DNA of 64,000 nt from a virus. Its lineage: Duplodnaviria > Caudoviricetes. Below the pieces are notes generated by a model that was given only the letters and a program-made list of their open reading frames with translations, did no database searches and had not been told where the DNA came from. Each line of letters starts with the position of its first letter. Within the stretch, counting starts at the first letter, position 1. This document shows positions 60,401 through 64,000 of this stretch, piece by piece. A program made the position numbers and the translations under genes. The DNA is taken from IMG/VR virus record IMGVR_UViG_3300007516_001784, positions 1-64,000 of that record; one strand, given 5' to 3'.

Positions 60401-60750
60401 GCATTGCCTGGGAGCAGTTTTATCTTGGTATTTCACTTAGTGGTAGCGAAGCCGACATCTACAAAGCCCGCCACAAGTGCGTGGACCTAGTGAAGAACGC
60501 CTCTGCTGATATGGCTTTCGAGATTGCCGTATGTGTTGATAGCGTACGTCAAATTACAACCAAGAAGGGTGATGACATGGCCTTTGTGACGGCTCGTGAC
60601 AATACCTATCAAATGGACAACATCGTCGTTTTTCCAAGAACATTTGCTCTATCTAAAGGGCTCTTGGAATCTGGCAATGTCATTCGCATTAAAGGTAAAG
60701 TTGATGATCGTGGCTCACTGATCGCTGACGTTGTGGAAAGACTTAAATGA
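57463..60750 (+). CDS. dnaE: DNA polymerase III alpha subunit
   Basis: PHP domain, GRGSAGGSLV, ERFLN, PDIDTD, KLDILG, GVFQ, YQEQ, FNKSH and a C-terminal OB fold. Confidence 0.96.
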   Translation: MNFTHLNVHSKASMLYGSANVKDIIKCVKDLGQTSVALTDYSNLFNAIEFYKQAKTAGLKPILGVDIFFCEDAEQLRIQKVRQVSHLILLAETDEGWKNIARIVSEANSEANYYYNPRVDFKLLEKYKEGVICLTGGSLDGVIAKHLYDKPTEGSNDVEPAAIFKAEGMVRRFLKIYDQSHFFLEVQSTGLVQQEQINSRLRTMALKYGIKTVATGNVHYVHQHDAESHKTLLAMSENAYSKLTYTDFSHEEYYIKSREQMLAAGLQEAELDVTNEIAERCNVTIDINKRRLPKYAFVPDGKTSDEYLVEIANDGLSRILKVAGSEQDYQDRLDRELNDIREMGFSDYFLIVHDVISWIHSKEILLGRGRGSAGGSLVSYALGITDIDPLQYGLIWERFLNKGRGGLPDIDTDVPRSKRQKVLEYVRNRFGAGNVAQLVTFNGLQARAVLKEVFRVYNMPFDEANKITALVPAKNDEHVAISLDEAIESVKELKEYAEKYKPWFTIARALEGCYKSTGLHAAAVVISDVPFDESAYPLTRSKDGDLIFGWDMNTVDSLNLLKLDILGLNTLDDIQVTMDLVAERRKIDIARASMPLDDPVTYAMIGQGFTVGVFQIEKQLGRTWSKNLRPESIEQLSDLCSIIRPGPLDSGMATQYRDVKMKGADPTYIHPALEPILKNTYSGLLYQEQVIEICRVLAGMSLIDADKVRKAMGKKKPEEMKKWEQVFITGCSKSGIDPDIALAIWSYIDKFAGYGFNKSHGVGYALMAYETAYLKANYTVEFLCAKLSNSDGEAEKLSGLVYDAKLFGIEVTPPRVTHANKDFDVVTDRHIAFGLTALKGVGVAAVGDMIKLSKGLKTFDEIIWKWATTKSKVTSATMMAFIKGGALDDVQENRVRGISRLKLLDNLTEKERETVTQLMQIETDVTDWVRFVKSLSDDNKVDQIKEKYGVTIPNVRRRATIRELLQEYDAGELFDSKAQRIAWEQFYLGISLSGSEADIYKARHKCVDLVKNASADMAFEIAVCVDSVRQITTKKGDDMAFVTARDNTYQMDNIVVFPRTFALSKGLLESGNVIRIKGKVDDRGSLIADVVERLK

Positions 60751-60962
60751 ATTACGAATACGATTTTGAAGATATTGGTCTCACGGAAGATCAACGCAAA
60801 CTTGTTGAATTGGGTATGGCAAAGGTTGAAGATCTTAATGTCATCATCAAGAAAGCAATTAACGCACGATCAAAAAACGGCTGGGAACCACTTTATCCAT
60901 TCTCTGTACCGCTCATGTGGTTTAGACGAATTCCTCCCACACAAAAACGAAAAACTAAGTGA
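60747..60962 (+). CDS. Small hypothetical protein
   Basis: ATGA overlap with dnaE; INARSKNGWE...FRR. Confidence 0.55.
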   Translation: MNYEYDFEDIGLTEDQRKLVELGMAKVEDLNVIIKKAINARSKNGWEPLYPFSVPLMWFRRIPPTQKRKTK

Positions 60963-61010
60963 CAGTTATGTTGATTGGTGATATCATAATGATGGATAGA
61001 GGACTTAGAT

Positions 61011-61670
61011 ATGATGGTTGATGTACCTGACGACACAGTAGCACAGATTCTTGAACAGTATCATCCCTTTGTTCGCTACATTGCTAAACGTGCCTGTTGC
61101 TCATCTGCGACGCTTGATGTCAACGACTTGTATCAGGTTGGAGATATGGCTGTTTTACGAGCGGTTAAAGCATATGATCCTTCATCTGGCACTAACATCA
61201 AGTCGTTTGTTACAAGCTCCATTCGAAACGCGATCTTTAACGAGGCGGCTCGTTTTCTTGGTGTATTGACAGTTGATTTTAGAACGACTGCCTTGGCGTC
61301 TATGGCGGCAAAATTGCACGAAAAAGGACAAAGTGACGAAGAGATTGCAGTTGCGTTAACTAACAAGTATGGTCGCAATTTCGATGCAGATCATGCTCGC
61401 GACTTGCATATCACCTATAGTCGTAGACACTATACACAAGTCCAAGAAGATATCACGGTAGACGGCATTGAGAATGATTTCTCGATCAAGGATCTATTAG
61501 ACAGTGTTGTAAAGGACGAGACAGATCGTATCATCCTTTATAGACGCATACTGGGGGGTCTCTCTGTAGAACAGATAGCGGCCATTCTTCATATTTCAAG
61601 AAGGGCGGTTTCCAAAAAAGAGACCTGTCTTAAGACCAGAATCAAGCGAGCCCTTGAGAACGCGACATAA
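61011..61670 (+). CDS. Sigma-70 family RNA polymerase sigma factor
   Basis: Region 2 DLYQVG...RAVKAYDPS.G..IKSF....IR; region 4 HTH LSVEQIAAILHISRRAVS. Confidence 0.9.
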   Translation: MMVDVPDDTVAQILEQYHPFVRYIAKRACCSSATLDVNDLYQVGDMAVLRAVKAYDPSSGTNIKSFVTSSIRNAIFNEAARFLGVLTVDFRTTALASMAAKLHEKGQSDEEIAVALTNKYGRNFDADHARDLHITYSRRHYTQVQEDITVDGIENDFSIKDLLDSVVKDETDRIILYRRILGGLSVEQIAAILHISRRAVSKKETCLKTRIKRALENAT

Positions 61671-63475
61671 TGTATAAGAAACGAATTCTATTTGTTGGTG
61701 AAGCTAGTTTTTTGAGTACTGGTTTTTCAACCTACTATCGTGAGTTGTTGCCTCGATTAGCCGCTACAGGCAAGTATGAAATTGCTGAGCTTGGCTCGTA
61801 TGCACGTCAGGATGATCCTCGTGTACAAGAGTTTATTGCTGGTCGTTGGCGTTTTTATGGCGTGATGCCAACCACTGATGAAGAGAATCGAGTTTTTCAA
61901 CAGCCAAGTCCGCACCCACGTACACGCGGACAAAACACTAATCAGTTTGGTGAACACAAGTTTGCTTACGCTCTTGTTGATTTTAAGCCGGATATCGTTA
62001 TTGATATTCGTGACTGGTGGATGCTTGAATTCCAAGAACGTAACATCTTTCGCTCATGGTACAAGTGGCTTGTAATGCCAACGGTTGACGCTGAACCTCA
62101 ACAAGAAGAGTGGATTCAGTCATATGAAAACGCCAACATGGTTTTGGCGTATTCGGATTATGGCATTCATACGTTGCGTCGCCAATCTTCGCTAGCTACA
62201 AACGGCAAGCGTGCCATGAAGATTTTCCCGAAGCCGATGCGTCCTGGCGTAGACATTAACTCTTTCAAGCCAACTGACAAGAAGACGAGTCGCGAACACT
62301 GGAATTTGGCCGCTGACGTACCTATTATTGGTACCGTTATGCGTAATCAAAGTCGCAAACTCTATCCCGATCTTATTGACGCTTTTGCGTTAATGAAGAA
62401 TAAGTATAAGGGCGAGTCACAAGTTGACAAGGCTGTATTACTCATTCATTCGTGTTGGCCAGACAACATGCATTCATATGACTATCCTCGTCACGTAGCA
62501 CGCCTAGATCGTTATGAGTGGATGGCCAATCATCATAAGGGCATTCGCGGTAGCGTCTTGCAATCTCTCTATTGTCATTCTTGTAAGCAGCCGTCTGTCA
62601 CTTTTGCCGCCAACCTCTTTGGTCGTCCGGTTCAAGAAGGACGCATTAAGCTACCGTGCTGTTATTGCGGCAAGACGGACGCTTCGCCGCCGAGCACGAG
62701 TGTTGGCTTCGACCGCAACGATCTAGCTAAGCTATACAATCTGATGGATGTTTACGTTCAGTGTTCTATTTGTGAAGGCGACGGCATGCCTATTCAAGAA
62801 GCCAAGGCTTGTGGTGTCCCAGCCTTGGTTATGGATTACACCGCCATGCGAGAGAAGGGCCGTTACCCTGATTACTCTCATTTCAAGGAATCTGATATCA
62901 ATGAACGTAATTATACGTGCCACAAGGGTGGTGAAGTAATTAACGTTGATAGATACTATTATGAACCTGAAACTTCATGCAAGAGGGCGTTGCCTGATAT
63001 CGCTGATCTAGCACTTAAAATGCGTAACATGATTAAGGATCCAGTGCGTCTAGCGGCACTTAGTAACGAGGCTCGTGAATGCGTTGAAGAAAACTACAAC
63101 TGGGATGAGTTGTGGCATCAGTGGGAGTACGTGTTGGATAATGTCAAAATTTTGGATCGTGCCGATACATGGGATAGTCCCATCGCTCAGATTGACGAAG
63201 TGCGTAGCACTCCTGTTCCGGCTAACCTGAGCGATGAGGAGTTTGTGAATTGGCTATACTTGAACATTCTTAAGTATCCTTCGGTGGATACCGAAGGGGC
63301 CAAGATGTGGATCTCTCACATTCAACAGGGCGTAACACGCGATCAACTCATGCAGCAATTTGTCTCGATCGGTAATCAGCAATCAAGTGCTAGCAAGATG
63401 CGTGATCAAGTGCGACTTGAAATGAGTGATAAGCTGTCGGCTTTGCCGACGAAGAAGTCGCAGGAGTTTGTATGA
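61670..63475 (+). CDS. GT4-like glycosyltransferase with Zn-finger insert and C-terminal DUF4214-like domain
   Basis: TGFS, RNQSRK, LYNLMDVY...EGDGMPIQEAKACGVP; CHSC/CCYC; SDEEFVNWLYLNIL...EG...W. Confidence 0.88.
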   Translation: MYKKRILFVGEASFLSTGFSTYYRELLPRLAATGKYEIAELGSYARQDDPRVQEFIAGRWRFYGVMPTTDEENRVFQQPSPHPRTRGQNTNQFGEHKFAYALVDFKPDIVIDIRDWWMLEFQERNIFRSWYKWLVMPTVDAEPQQEEWIQSYENANMVLAYSDYGIHTLRRQSSLATNGKRAMKIFPKPMRPGVDINSFKPTDKKTSREHWNLAADVPIIGTVMRNQSRKLYPDLIDAFALMKNKYKGESQVDKAVLLIHSCWPDNMHSYDYPRHVARLDRYEWMANHHKGIRGSVLQSLYCHSCKQPSVTFAANLFGRPVQEGRIKLPCCYCGKTDASPPSTSVGFDRNDLAKLYNLMDVYVQCSICEGDGMPIQEAKACGVPALVMDYTAMREKGRYPDYSHFKESDINERNYTCHKGGEVINVDRYYYEPETSCKRALPDIADLALKMRNMIKDPVRLAALSNEARECVEENYNWDELWHQWEYVLDNVKILDRADTWDSPIAQIDEVRSTPVPANLSDEEFVNWLYLNILKYPSVDTEGAKMWISHIQQGVTRDQLMQQFVSIGNQQSSASKMRDQVRLEMSDKLSALPTKKSQEFV

Positions 63476-64000
63476 AATTACTATTCACTGGCCCGCTATT
63501 GGATTTTAGTGGATTCGCTCATGCCTCACGTATCTTTCTGCGTACGCTCTTGCAAGATGATAATATTGTCGTGACAGCACGGGCACTCAAATACGATCAG
63601 CTAGACGTTGGTCAGGCTTTCAAGCCAGACGCTTGGCTATCCGCCGTTCTCGCAAGAGACTTGCAGGACGTTGATGTAGCCATTCAGATGACAACGTGTA
63701 ATGTCGAGGCTGTACCAATTCCTGGCATCCTGAATGGATTGTATACGTTCTTAGAAAGCAGTCATATGCAGTTGTCTTGGGTAGCCAAGGCTAATGAGTT
63801 TGACTTCTTGATGGTGCCATCTAAATCTAACGCAGAAGCGATGTTTAACTCTGGCGTGGTTAAGCCTATTGTTGTGTGCGGTCTTCCATGTGACGAAGAT
63901 GTATACGCCAAGCAGTACGAGCCGTACACTCTTGAGCACGCTGGCGACCGCACGGTGTTCTACAACATCTGTCAGTTGAGTAACAAGAAGGGGATTGACG
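63472..64000 (+). CDS. GT4-like glycosyltransferase, truncated by the window end (not in ORF track)
   Basis: Translates MKLLFTGPLLDFSGFAHASR...YTFLES...DFLMVPSKSN...VFYNICQLSNKKGID, open to the window end. Confidence 0.8.
   Translation, partial: MKLLFTGPLLDFSGFAHASRIFLRTLLQDDNIVVTARALKYDQLDVGQAFKPDAWLSAVLARDLQDVDVAIQMTTCNVEAVPIPGILNGLYTFLESSHMQLSWVAKANEFDFLMVPSKSNAEAMFNSGVVKPIVVCGLPCDEDVYAKQYEPYTLEHAGDRTVFYNICQLSNKKGID

Noticed and set aside
12491-60750. Inteins or introns in terL, recA, dnaB or dnaE
   Set aside because: Lengths are ordinary, conserved motifs are contiguous, and no intein C...HN junctions or LAGLIDADG motifs were seen.
60958-60990. Sigma70 promoter upstream of the sigma gene (CATAAT)
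   Set aside because: A plausible -10 exists, but no -35 hexamer lies at 16-18 nt spacing, so support is insufficient.
1-64000. Stop-codon reassignment suggested by the phage release factor
   Set aside because: Long genes are intact under code 11, and TGA (MCP, terL), TAG (portal, 44158) and TAA all end genes at sensible positions.

Overview
This is a 64 kb segment of a large, probably lytic, tailed dsDNA phage (Caudoviricetes) using the standard genetic code. Bases 229-7354 form a minus-strand accessory/early block: RF1-like peptide release factor, C39 peptidase, outer-membrane beta-barrel, SLOG/YspA protein, dCMP deaminase and a metzincin lipoprotein. From 7603 everything is on the plus strand: a sigma-like factor, two glycosyltransferases, ERCC4 nuclease, terminase, portal, protease/scaffold, decoration protein, major capsid, neck, tail tube, chaperones, a 1796-aa tape measure and large LamG/PKD tail proteins. 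A replication block follows (RecA, DnaB, primase, Cas4-like nuclease, ClpP, DnaE), then a second sigma factor and two more glycosyltransferases. Three observations stand out. (1) The phage RF1-type release factor appears to need a prfB-like +1 frameshift at CTT-TGA. (2) Ser-Gly-hydrophobic motifs are enriched in surface virion proteins of a phage with at least four glycosyltransferases, a candidate virion-glycosylation system. (3) A TTAGTGTA motif recurs in front of late gene blocks, a candidate promoter for a phage sigma factor. All calls come from motif recognition and gene order; no database searches were run.
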